Part shown: in pieces, positions 48,639-59,405 of the stretch | Layout: every line of letters begins with the position of its first letter | Numbering within the stretch: the first letter of the stretch is position 1 | NCBI GenBank assembly: GCA_963832165.1 | Contig: CAWHTE010000001.1 | Location: 800,001 to 864,000, forward strand | DNA: 64,000 nucleotides | Origin: an uncultured delta proteobacterium | GTDB lineage: Bacteria; Myxococcota_A; UBA9160; SMWR01 | Direction: 5' to 3' | Notes under the pieces: model-generated | Seen by the model: only the letters and a program-made list of their open reading frames with translations | Told to the model about the DNA's origin: nothing | The model's database searches: none | Made by a program: the position numbers and the translations under genes

Positions 48639-48848
48639 ATGAGTCTGCCGAAGGCAGTCGTGAAGCGGGTCCTGTCCGAGCATGCCGGTGGCATGCGCGT
48701 GTCGGGACCGGCGTTGGAGAAGGCGGTGCAGGCGGCAGAGGAGTATCTGGCCCGCCTCGCGCGCGCAGCGAATCAGTCCGCCGAAGACAACAAGCGCAAG
48801 ACGCTGATGGACGCCGACATCGCGAGCGCGCGCAGCCAGGTGGGTTGA
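48639..48848 (+). CDS. Stand-alone histone-fold protein (CBFD_NFYB_HMF-like bacterial histone)
   Basis: RBS ggaggga. 69 aa with LP.A...R in alpha1, RVS in L1, a long Ala-rich alpha2, KRKTL in L2, an RxTxxxxD clamp (R53-D60) and a complete alpha3. Confidence 0.85.
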   Translation: MSLPKAVVKRVLSEHAGGMRVSGPALEKAVQAAEEYLARLARAANQSAEDNKRKTLMDADIASARSQVG

Positions 48849-48893
48849 GGGCTAGAAGCGGCGGTCCCGTGCTGCGCACGCGGATCCGCGGCT

Positions 48894-48945
48894 GACACAA
48901 ACAAGAGGGCCCCTGGGCGGTTTCGCCCAGGGGCCCTCGTTCGTT
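48894..48945 (-). terminator. Intrinsic terminator of groESL, possibly bidirectional with the histone gene
   Basis: 15-bp perfect stem gagggcccctgggcg/cgcccaggggccctc with a U-rich tail on the minus strand. Confidence 0.8.
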
Positions 48946-48964
48946 CCGGGCTGCAGAGCCTGGG

Positions 48965-50891
<1,927 letters not shown>

Positions 50892-50995
50892 GGAACCTCT
50901 CCTTGACCGGTGATTCCGATCACCGGGTTTGGGTGGGTAAAACCTGCGGCCGGGAGGGGGCTCCGCGGCCGCGATGCCATTTGGCAGTCCCATTT

Positions 50996-51022
50996 TTGGC
51001 AGTCGCACCTTGTGAGTGCCAA
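50996..51022 (-). promoter_or_regulatory. CIRCE element (HrcA operator) upstream of groES
   Basis: The minus strand reads TTGGCACTC-N9-GACTGCCAA against consensus TTAGCACTC-N9-GAGTGCTAA. An extra half-site lies at 50981-50989. Confidence 0.85.
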
Positions 51023-51119
51023 AAGCGGGAGGGCAATGTAGCCACGGAAGGTCGACCTGCAAGGCGATACAGGGGTCGCAGCGGCAAGGTCGATGGCATT
51101 CTCCGGGGGGAGGAGCCCG

Positions 51120-51686
51120 ATGGCATCTCTCGCGCGCCGGATCGCCGCGGTACAGCAGCGTTTGTGCGCGATTTATCGCCTGGAGCTCCCGCTCAGCGCG
51201 GACGAGTTCGTGATGTCGCACGACGCCGCACGCGCGCTGGTGCCCGCGCGCGGCCCGCGGACCGGCCTGCTCGCGCTAGAGGAGGCCGGGACCCTCTGGC
51301 TCGGGCTCTACTTCGACCCGCGCGACGCCGAGGACCCCGCGGCGATCCTCGAGGAGACGAGCCACTGGATCGCGGTGGTCTGGCACGCCGCGCAGCGCCG
51401 GCCCGTGTCTCCGCTCCTGCTCGAGCTCCAGGCCGAAGTGGACCGCTACGCCGTCGCGCGCATCGCGCGCGCGCGCGACCCGCTCCGGCACTTCAGAAAC
51501 CTGCGTCTGCGCGCGGGTCTTTCGCGCGCGCAGCGCGGCCGCTACCGCGCCGCTCACGCCGCCGCGTACCGCTATTGCCGCAAGCTCGAGCGGCGCTTTC
51601 CGCATGGATCCGATCTGCCCGGCCTGCTGCGCGAGCTGCGCAGCTTCTATCGCCGGGCGCCGGCGGCAAAACTCTTCGCGGCTTGA
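51120..51686 (+). CDS. Hypothetical protein with zincin-like EExxH...ExQAE pattern
   Basis: RBS aggag and typical codon usage. Contains ILEETSHW...[10 protein letters not shown]. Confidence 0.65.
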   Translation: MASLARRIAAVQQRLCAIYRLELPLSADEFVMSHDAARALVPARGPRTGLLALEEAGTLWLGLYFDPRDAEDPAAILEETSHWIAVVWHAAQRRPVSPLLLELQAEVDRYAVARIARARDPLRHFRNLRLRAGLSRAQRGRYRAAHAAAYRYCRKLERRFPHGSDLPGLLRELRSFYRRAPAAKLFAA

Positions 51687-51717
51687 CTTTCGCCGCAATT
51701 TCGTGAAGGCTGGTGCC

Positions 51718-52320
51718 ATGGCCCTGACCCGGCGTCAGCGCGAGGTCTTCGATTTCGTCCGCGGCTTCGTAGCGGAGCACGGCTACTCGCCGAGTCTCGA
51801 GGAGATCGGCGCCGCGTTCGGCCTGACGTCGGTCGCCACGGTGCACAAGCACGTGCAGCACCTCGTCGAGAAGGGCTACCTGCGCAAGGCGTGGAACCGC
51901 TCGCGGTCGGTCGAGCCCGCCGACGACGCCGAGCGGTCGACGGTGGCGCTGCCGCTGCTGGGCACGGTGGCCGCGGGCGCGCCGATCGAGGCGGTCGAGG
52001 TGCGCGAGCACCTCCAGGTGCCCGCGTCGCTGGTGCCGGCCGGGCGCAATTGCTTCGCGCTGCGCGTGCGAGGCGACTCGATGATCGACGAGCAGATCCG
52101 CGACGGAGACGTCGTGGTGGTCGAGTCGCGACCCGATGCGCGCGACGGCGAGACCGTGGTCGCGCTCGTGCGCGGCACCGACGCCACGCTCAAGAAGCTG
52201 TACCGGCGCGGCTCCCAGGTGCGGCTCCAGCCCGCGAACCCGCGCATGGGTCCGATCGATCTCCCGGCCTCCGAGGTCGAGGTGCGCGGCGTCGTGCGCG
52301 GGCTGATCCGTCACTATTGA
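51718..52320 (+). CDS. lexA: SOS repressor LexA
   Basis: LTRRQ...GYSPSLEEIG HTH, VAAG cleavage site, GDSM Ser and TLKK Lys. Confidence 0.95.
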   Translation: MALTRRQREVFDFVRGFVAEHGYSPSLEEIGAAFGLTSVATVHKHVQHLVEKGYLRKAWNRSRSVEPADDAERSTVALPLLGTVAAGAPIEAVEVREHLQVPASLVPAGRNCFALRVRGDSMIDEQIRDGDVVVVESRPDARDGETVVALVRGTDATLKKLYRRGSQVRLQPANPRMGPIDLPASEVEVRGVVRGLIRHY

Positions 52321-52366
52321 TTGGGTTAGCCTCGCGTAGCCGTTCGCTTTCTTCGAGAAACCCCCC

Positions 52367-52786
52367 TTGCCGCAAGTGCGCCTGACCCGCGCGGTCGAGT
52401 TCTCGACCTCGCTCCGCTACTGGAATCCCGACCTCACCGAGGCCGAGAACCGGGACCGCTTCGGGCGCAAGGCGAGCCACCACGGCCACAACTACCGGCT
52501 CGAGGTGACGCTCGTGGGCGAGCCCGACCCGATCACGGGCATGGTGATCGACCTGAAGGACCTCCAGGAAGTGATCGACCGCGAGGTGATGACCCGCTTC
52601 GACCACCGCGACCTGAACCGCGACACGCCGTACTTCGAGAAGGAGCCGCCGACGCCCGAGAACCTCGCGCGCGTGATCGATCGGATCCTGCGCGCCGCGC
52701 TGCCGTCCGGGCTGCTCCACGGCATCCGCCTGTACGAGGACGCGGACACGTTCGTCGAGCTGATCGGCTCCGGAGACGCCGGATGA
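52367..52786 (+). CDS. PTPS/QueD-family protein with a degenerate active site
   Basis: HGHNY, TGMVIDL, FDHRDLN and PTPENLA motifs. No catalytic Cys before HGH. Confidence 0.8.
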   Translation: MPQVRLTRAVEFSTSLRYWNPDLTEAENRDRFGRKASHHGHNYRLEVTLVGEPDPITGMVIDLKDLQEVIDREVMTRFDHRDLNRDTPYFEKEPPTPENLARVIDRILRAALPSGLLHGIRLYEDADTFVELIGSGDAG

Positions 52787-53202
52787 TCGCGCTCACGCGC
52801 CGCTATCGATTCCCGGCCGCGCACGTGCTGCGCCACCCCGACCTCAGCGATGCGGACAACGCGCGCATCTACGGCAAGTGTGCGAACCCGGCCGGACACG
52901 GGCACGACTACGGGATCGAGATCACGATCGCGGGCGACGTCGATCGGTCCACGGGCCAGATCTTTCCTCGCGCGCGGCTCGACGCGCTCGTCGCGGAGCG
53001 CGTACTCGACCGCTTCGGGCACAGCCTCTTGAACGACGATCCCGCGTTCACCGCGGTCGTTCCCACCGCCGAGAACATCGCGCTCGCGGCGTTCGACGAG
53101 CTCGCCCCGGCGATCGCCTCGGCGCGGCCCGGCGCACGCCTGGTGCGCGTGCGGCTCGAAGAGACGCGCAAGAACAGCTTCGAAACTGGAGATGCCCGAT
53201 GA
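52783..53202 (+). CDS. 6-pyruvoyl-tetrahydropterin synthase family protein (CxxxxxHGH type)
   Basis: FPAAH, CANPAGHGHDY, PTAENIA and LEET motifs. Confidence 0.85.
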   Translation: MIALTRRYRFPAAHVLRHPDLSDADNARIYGKCANPAGHGHDYGIEITIAGDVDRSTGQIFPRARLDALVAERVLDRFGHSLLNDDPAFTAVVPTAENIALAAFDELAPAIASARPGARLVRVRLEETRKNSFETGDAR

Positions 53203-53786
53203 GTGACACCCACGACTCCGATCCGATCGAGCCGCTCGTCACGACCATGCTCAAGGAGCTCGGCGAGGACCCGGGGCGCAACGGTCTCGAGCGCACGCCG
53301 CTGCGCGTCGCCAAGGCACTGCGCTTCCTCACCTCGGGTTACCAGAAGAATCCCAGCGAGATCCTCAACGGCGCGCTGTTCGACGTCACCTACGACGAGA
53401 TGGTGATCGTGAAGGACATCGAGTTCTACAGCCTGTGCGAGCACCACATGCTGCCCTTCTTCGGCAGGATTCACGTCGCCTACGTGCCGAAGGGCCGCGT
53501 GGTCGGTCTGTCGAAGATTCCGCGCCTGGTCGAGATGTTCGCGCGGCGGCTCCAGGTGCAGGAGCGGCTCACCACCGAGGTTGCGGCCACGCTCGAGGAC
53601 GTCCTGAAACCGAAAGGTGTCGCGGTGGTCGCCGAGGCGATCCACTTGTGCATGATGATGCGCGGCGTCGCGCAGCAGAACTGCTCCGCTGTGACGAGCT
53701 CGATGCGCGGCGAGTTCGAGGGCGATCCGAAGACGCGAGCAGAGTTCATGCAGCTGATCCGAAGCCCCAAGCCGTCGTTCGCGTGA
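53199..53786 (+). CDS. folE: GTP cyclohydrolase I
   Basis: SLCEHHMLPF, GLSKIPR, RRLQVQERLT and HLCMMMRG motifs. Confidence 0.95.
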   Translation: MSDTHDSDPIEPLVTTMLKELGEDPGRNGLERTPLRVAKALRFLTSGYQKNPSEILNGALFDVTYDEMVIVKDIEFYSLCEHHMLPFFGRIHVAYVPKGRVVGLSKIPRLVEMFARRLQVQERLTTEVAATLEDVLKPKGVAVVAEAIHLCMMMRGVAQQNCSAVTSSMRGEFEGDPKTRAEFMQLIRSPKPSFA

Positions 53787-54734
53787 GCGATCTGTATGAG
53801 ACGCTCGGTGTCGCGCGCGACGCCGACGTCGGTGTGATTCGCAAGGCCTATCGCAAGCTCGCGCGCAAGAATCACCCCGACCTGAATCCCGGAGACAAGG
53901 CCGCCGAGGAGCGGTTCAAGGAGATCTCGCGCGCCTGGGAGGTGCTCGAGAATCCCGAGCGCCGGCGCAACTACGACGAGTTCGGCGCGGTCTCGCTCGA
54001 GGCCGGCTTCGACGCCGAGAAAGCGCGTCAGGCGCGCGAGGCGTTCGGCAGCCGGTTCGGTACCGGCGGGCGGCCGGGTGCCGAGGGATTCGGCGAGGAG
54101 TTCGAGTTCGGCGATCTCGACGACGTCCTGGGGGGCTTCTTCCGCGGGCGCGCCGAGCGCGGTCGCGGTATCCGGATGCGCGGCGCCGACCTCGAGGCGG
54201 CGCTCGAGCTCGACTTCCTCGACGCCGTGCGCGGCGGGGAGCAGCGGCTGACGCTCGGGCGCGGTGGCCCGGCCGGTAGCGAGACGATCACGGTGCGAAT
54301 TCCGCCGGGCGTCGATACGGGCGGTCGGCTGCGCATTCCCGGCAAGGGCGGGCCTGGGATCGGTGGGGGTCCGCCCGGAGACCTCTCGGTCGTGCTCCGG
54401 GTCCGACCGCACCGCGTCTTCCGGCGCGAGGGGCGCGACCTCACCTTCGACCTCCCGATCACGCGTGGTCGAGGCGATTCGCGGCGCGAAGGTCGAGGTG
54501 CCGACCCTCGACGGCCGCGCGACGCTCACGATCCCGCCCGGCACCGACAGCGGCACGCGCCTGCGCCTGCGCGGGAAGGGCGTGCCGAATCCGCGCGGCG
54601 GCGAGCCGGGCGATCTGTTCGCGCGGATCCAGATCCGCGTGCCGCGCAAACTCGACGATGAAGAGGCGAGCGAAGCCATCGATGCGCTCGAAAGCGCCGA
54701 GGATCGGGATCTCCGCAAGGAGCTGTTCTCATGA
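53783..54734 (+). CDS. cbpA: CbpA-like class II J-domain protein, one extra base at ~54464
   Basis: HPD J-domain and no Zn finger. The C-terminal VEVPTLDG...LRLRGKG is in the shifted frame. Followed by a cbpM-like gene. Confidence 0.8.
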
Positions 54735-55015
54735 CGCGCCGGAGCATCCGCACGTCGGAGGTGTTGGTCTTCCTCGGCGCGCAGGAGGAGACGGCGTTCT
54801 TTCGCCGACTGCGGGAAGAGGGGCTGTTCGAGGGCGAGGAGCTCGCGCCCGAAGAGGCCGACGAGCTGCGCCTCGCCAAGCTCCTGATGGAGGAGCTCGG
54901 CGTGAACGCCGAGGGGGTCGACGTGGCACTGCATCTGCGCCGGCGCCTGTTCGCGCTCGAGCAGCGCGTGCGCGCGCTCGCCGACGCGCTCGAGCGGGAG
55001 ACGCGGGGGCGCTGA
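54731..55015 (+). CDS. cbpM: Chaperone modulator CbpM-like protein (MerR_2)
   Basis: LRLAKLLMEELGVNAEGVDVALHLRRR, directly after the cbpA-like gene. Confidence 0.7.
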   Translation: MTRRSIRTSEVLVFLGAQEETAFFRRLREEGLFEGEELAPEEADELRLAKLLMEELGVNAEGVDVALHLRRRLFALEQRVRALADALERETRGR

Positions 55016-55024
55016 GCACGCCTA

Positions 55025-55112
55025 GCCGGACCTTCTCGCTCGCTGATCGCTCGCGCTCGGGCTCCGGCCTTCGCGCGCCTTCGGCTCGCTGCGCGTCGGC
55101 CGACTTTGTCGG
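55025..55112 (-). repeat. ~90-bp REP-like dispersed repeat, copy B
   Basis: Reverse complement aligns with 41258-41346. Lies between convergent genes. Confidence 0.8.
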
Positions 55113-55121
55113 GCTCCCTGC

Positions 55122-56633
55122 CTAGCTGCCCCGGATCGCCTCCAGGTTCACGATCAGGTCGCCCGACTTCTCGAGCACGTCGCGTTGCGCCTCGAGCCAG
55201 GTGCCGATCCGCGCCTCGCGCTTCTGTGCGAGGAGTTCCTCGCGCTTCTTCTCCACGAGGGCATCGACCTGGGCCGGTTCGGCCTCCTTGCGCTCGAGCA
55301 GCTGAACCAGCGCAAACGCATCACCGACCTCGAGGAGTTTCGGCGAGCTCTTGCCCGGCTCGAGCACGAACGCCGCGGCCAGGACTTCCGGTGAGCTGCC
55401 GAGACCCGGCACGAACGGATTGCGCCGGGTGAGCCATCCGGTGTGTCCGAGCGCGATCCCGCGCTCGCGTGCGGCGGCTTCGAGCGTTTGACCGCCGCGC
55501 ACCGCTTCGGCCAGCTGCTCCGCGCGCTCGCGCGCGCGCGCGCGCAGCGCTTCGCGGCGCAATAGTTCGGTCGCGATCTCCTCGCGCACCGACTCGAGCG
55601 GGCGCGAGAGCGCGTCCTGGCGCTCTTCGAGCTGGATCAGATGGAACCCGAAGGGCGTCTTCACGGGCGCGCTCCGCTGACCCGGCGAGAGCGCGAACGC
55701 CGCGTCTTCGAACTCCTTCACCATCTGTCCGCGCGCGAAGAAGCCGAGATCGCCGCCCCGGATCTGGGAGCCCGGGTCCTGGGAGAACTCCGTGGCCACC
55801 TGCTCGAACGGCTCGCCGCCGTCGATCCGCTTCGCGGCCGCTTCGATCTCCCCGCGCACGCGCTCGACCTCTTCGGGCTGCGCCTTCGGATCGAGCGTGC
55901 GCAGGATGTGACGCGCGCGGACCCGCTCGGGTCGGTTGTACAGCTCGCCGTTCTCCTGATAGAGCGTCGCGATCTCGTCGCCGCGCGAGGCGATCGCGGC
56001 CTGGACCGCTTCGGGCGCGATCTCGGGCGGATCCGCCGCCGTTGCTTCGATCGAGACGAACGAGATCTGGACCTCCTCGAGATCGCGCCGCGCGGCATCG
56101 CGGGCCTCGCCCTCGGACACCTCGGGCTGCGCCTCGAGCACGCTCAGCATCTTCATCGCGAGCATCCCGAGACGGCGCTCGGCCATGAACGCCTTCTGGC
56201 TGCCGTAGACGTACTGGATGTACTCCTCGAAGCGCTTGCGGTCGAAGCGCCCCTGCTCGTCCCGGAAGTCCGAATCGGCCAACACGAGCTTCTCGATCTC
56301 ACCCGTCGTGACGTGCAGGCCGAGATCGCCGGCCGCCAATGCGAGCAGCCCGCTCTCGACCAGCTCGCGCGCAGCGAGGCTGTCCAGCGTCTCGCTCATC
56401 GCCTTGGCGTCGTATTTGTCGCCAAACTGTTCCTGGATCATCGCCTCGCGGCGCTCGCGCACGCGCTCGAACTCGGGGATGCCGAACTCGATCGGCCCGA
56501 CCTTCACGATCTGCTGTGACGACGTGAAGTCCGAGGGGCCTTGCAGACCCAGGAACACGACGAACACCGTACCAATGCCCGCGACCAGGATCGCGGTCAG
56601 CCAGCGCTGCCCACTGCGCAGGATTCGCAGCAT
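55122..56633 (-). CDS. ppiD: PpiD/SurA-like peptidylprolyl isomerase
   Basis: N-terminal TM, SurA_N-like region, and parvulin VRARHIL...GGDLGFF...FGFHLI. Confidence 0.85.
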   Translation of the reverse strand: MLRILRSGQRWLTAILVAGIGTVFVVFLGLQGPSDFTSSQQIVKVGPIEFGIPEFERVRERREAMIQEQFGDKYDAKAMSETLDSLAARELVESGLLALAAGDLGLHVTTGEIEKLVLADSDFRDEQGRFDRKRFEEYIQYVYGSQKAFMAERRLGMLAMKMLSVLEAQPEVSEGEARDAARRDLEEVQISFVSIEATAADPPEIAPEAVQAAIASRGDEIATLYQENGELYNRPERVRARHILRTLDPKAQPEEVERVRGEIEAAAKRIDGGEPFEQVATEFSQDPGSQIRGGDLGFFARGQMVKEFEDAAFALSPGQRSAPVKTPFGFHLIQLEERQDALSRPLESVREEIATELLRREALRARARERAEQLAEAVRGGQTLEAAARERGIALGHTGWLTRRNPFVPGLGSSPEVLAAAFVLEPGKSSPKLLEVGDAFALVQLLERKEAEPAQVDALVEKKREELLAQKREARIGTWLEAQRDVLEKSGDLIVNLEAIRGS

Positions 56634-56760
56634 CCGGCCCCCCTCGGCTCAGCTCCGGGCTCTTTCTGGTCGAAGAGACGCCCGGAGGAAGGTCGGGAGA
56701 CTACGAATCGGCGAATCGCGCAGCAAGCGCGTGGGGTTTTGGACGGGTGTCCGCGCTTGA

Positions 56761-57945
<1,185 letters not shown>

Positions 57946-57966
57946 CGCCGGTCCGGCGCAGGTGTC

Positions 57967-58869
57967 ATGACCGAGATCCGTAGTCGGGTGCTGCTGGCCG
58001 GCCTGGCGGCCTTGTTGGGCGGGTTTGCGCTCGTCAACATGGTGGTGGACCGCCGCGCGCTCGTGCAGGGCGGCCGCGAGCTCTCCTGGTGGAGCGGGCT
58101 CGCGCTCGACGTCGCGGTACCGATCCAGAAGTTCGTCGCGATGCCGTTCGACATCGCGCGCGGGTCGTGGGGCGACTACATCGCGCTGCTCGACGTGCGC
58201 CGCGAGAACGGGGATCTGCGCGCGCAGCTCGCGGAGACCGAGGACGAGAACCTCCAGCTGCGCGAGGCGCTGCTCGCGAGCGGGCGGCTCGATCGGATCG
58301 CCGAGATGCGCGAGGAATACGACGTGCCGATGCTGCGCGCCGAGCTCGTCGGTCTCGATGCCTCGACCTGGTTCCGCTCGGTGCTGATCGACCGCGGGCG
58401 CAACCACGGCGTGCATTCGGGGATGCCGCTGATCTCGGAGCAGGGCGTGGTCGGCCTCGTCACCGCCACGTCGCGCAACGCCGCCAAGGGCATGCTGCTG
58501 CTCGATCGCCAGAGCGCGGTCAGCGCCGTGGTCCAGCGCAGCCGCGACCGCGGCGTCGTGCGCGGGACCGGCGACGGCCTCGTGTTCGAGTTCGTGGGTC
58601 GCGATGCCGACGTGGCGCCCGGGGACGTGCTGATCACGTCGGGGCTCGGCGGCGTGTTTCCGAAGGGGCTTCGCATCGGCGTGGTCTCCGCCGTGGAAGA
58701 CGCGGGCGCGAAGCTGCAGCGCGAGGCCAGCGTCGACTCGACCGTCGACTTCGGCCGGCTCGAGCAGGTGTTCGTGATGCTGCGCCGCAGCCCGACGATG
58801 GACCTGCTCTACGCGACCGAGGGCGGCGACCAGCCCGATCCTCCGACGGCCGCTGCGGACCGCCCATGA
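57967..58869 (+). CDS. mreC: Rod shape-determining protein MreC
   Basis: TM plus coiled coil, IDRG and TSGLGGVFPKG motifs, operon position. Confidence 0.92.
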   Translation: MTEIRSRVLLAGLAALLGGFALVNMVVDRRALVQGGRELSWWSGLALDVAVPIQKFVAMPFDIARGSWGDYIALLDVRRENGDLRAQLAETEDENLQLREALLASGRLDRIAEMREEYDVPMLRAELVGLDASTWFRSVLIDRGRNHGVHSGMPLISEQGVVGLVTATSRNAAKGMLLLDRQSAVSAVVQRSRDRGVVRGTGDGLVFEFVGRDADVAPGDVLITSGLGGVFPKGLRIGVVSAVEDAGAKLQREASVDSTVDFGRLEQVFVMLRRSPTMDLLYATEGGDQPDPPTAAADRP

Positions 58870-59405
58870 GGCAGATCGCCGCGATCTTCGCGCTCGTGTT
58901 CGGCGTGCCGATGTTGCAGGGCGCACTCTCGCCGTTTCTGCCCGCCCCGTTTCGACCCGACCTCGCGCTGCTCGTGGTGTTCGCGCTCTCGGTGACGTGG
59001 CGCAACACGGGCACGGGGCTGTTTCTCGTCGCGGCGTGCGGCTTCGTCGTGGACCTGTTCTCGGGTGCGCTGCTCGGTCAGCACGCGCTGCTCTCGGTGC
59101 TGGAGTTCGTAGCCGCCCGCGTGCTGTCCGTGCGCGTGAGCCTGATCGCGCCGCTGCCCCAGATGATCTTCGCGGCCGCGCTCACGGCCGTGCATGCGAT
59201 CGGAGTCGTCGGACTCACCACGGTCTTCACGCCCGGCGCCGACTACGCATTGCTGCGGTTGGGCGTGGTGTTGCCGCGCGTCGCCGTCAATGCGCTCGTG
59301 GCACCCGGCGTGACGTGGGTGGTGTCAGGGCTCGCGGCGTGGGTCGGCGGCGAAGAGGTCGGCCGCCGGCCGCTGCGGATCGCTACGCAGAGGTGGGTCC
59401 CGTGA
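58866..59405 (+). CDS. mreD: Rod shape-determining protein MreD
   Basis: Hydrophobic protein with PDL and GFVVDLFSG.LLG, between mreC and mrdA. Confidence 0.85.
   Translation: MRQIAAIFALVFGVPMLQGALSPFLPAPFRPDLALLVVFALSVTWRNTGTGLFLVAACGFVVDLFSGALLGQHALLSVLEFVAARVLSVRVSLIAPLPQMIFAAALTAVHAIGVVGLTTVFTPGADYALLRLGVVLPRVAVNALVAPGVTWVVSGLAAWVGGEEVGRRPLRIATQRWVP

Noticed and set aside
54455..54475. Frameshift in the cbpA-like gene, and those in the sulfotransferase, as programmed recoding
   Set aside because: No slippery motif, and the break falls inside a folded domain. A single-base sequencing error is more likely.
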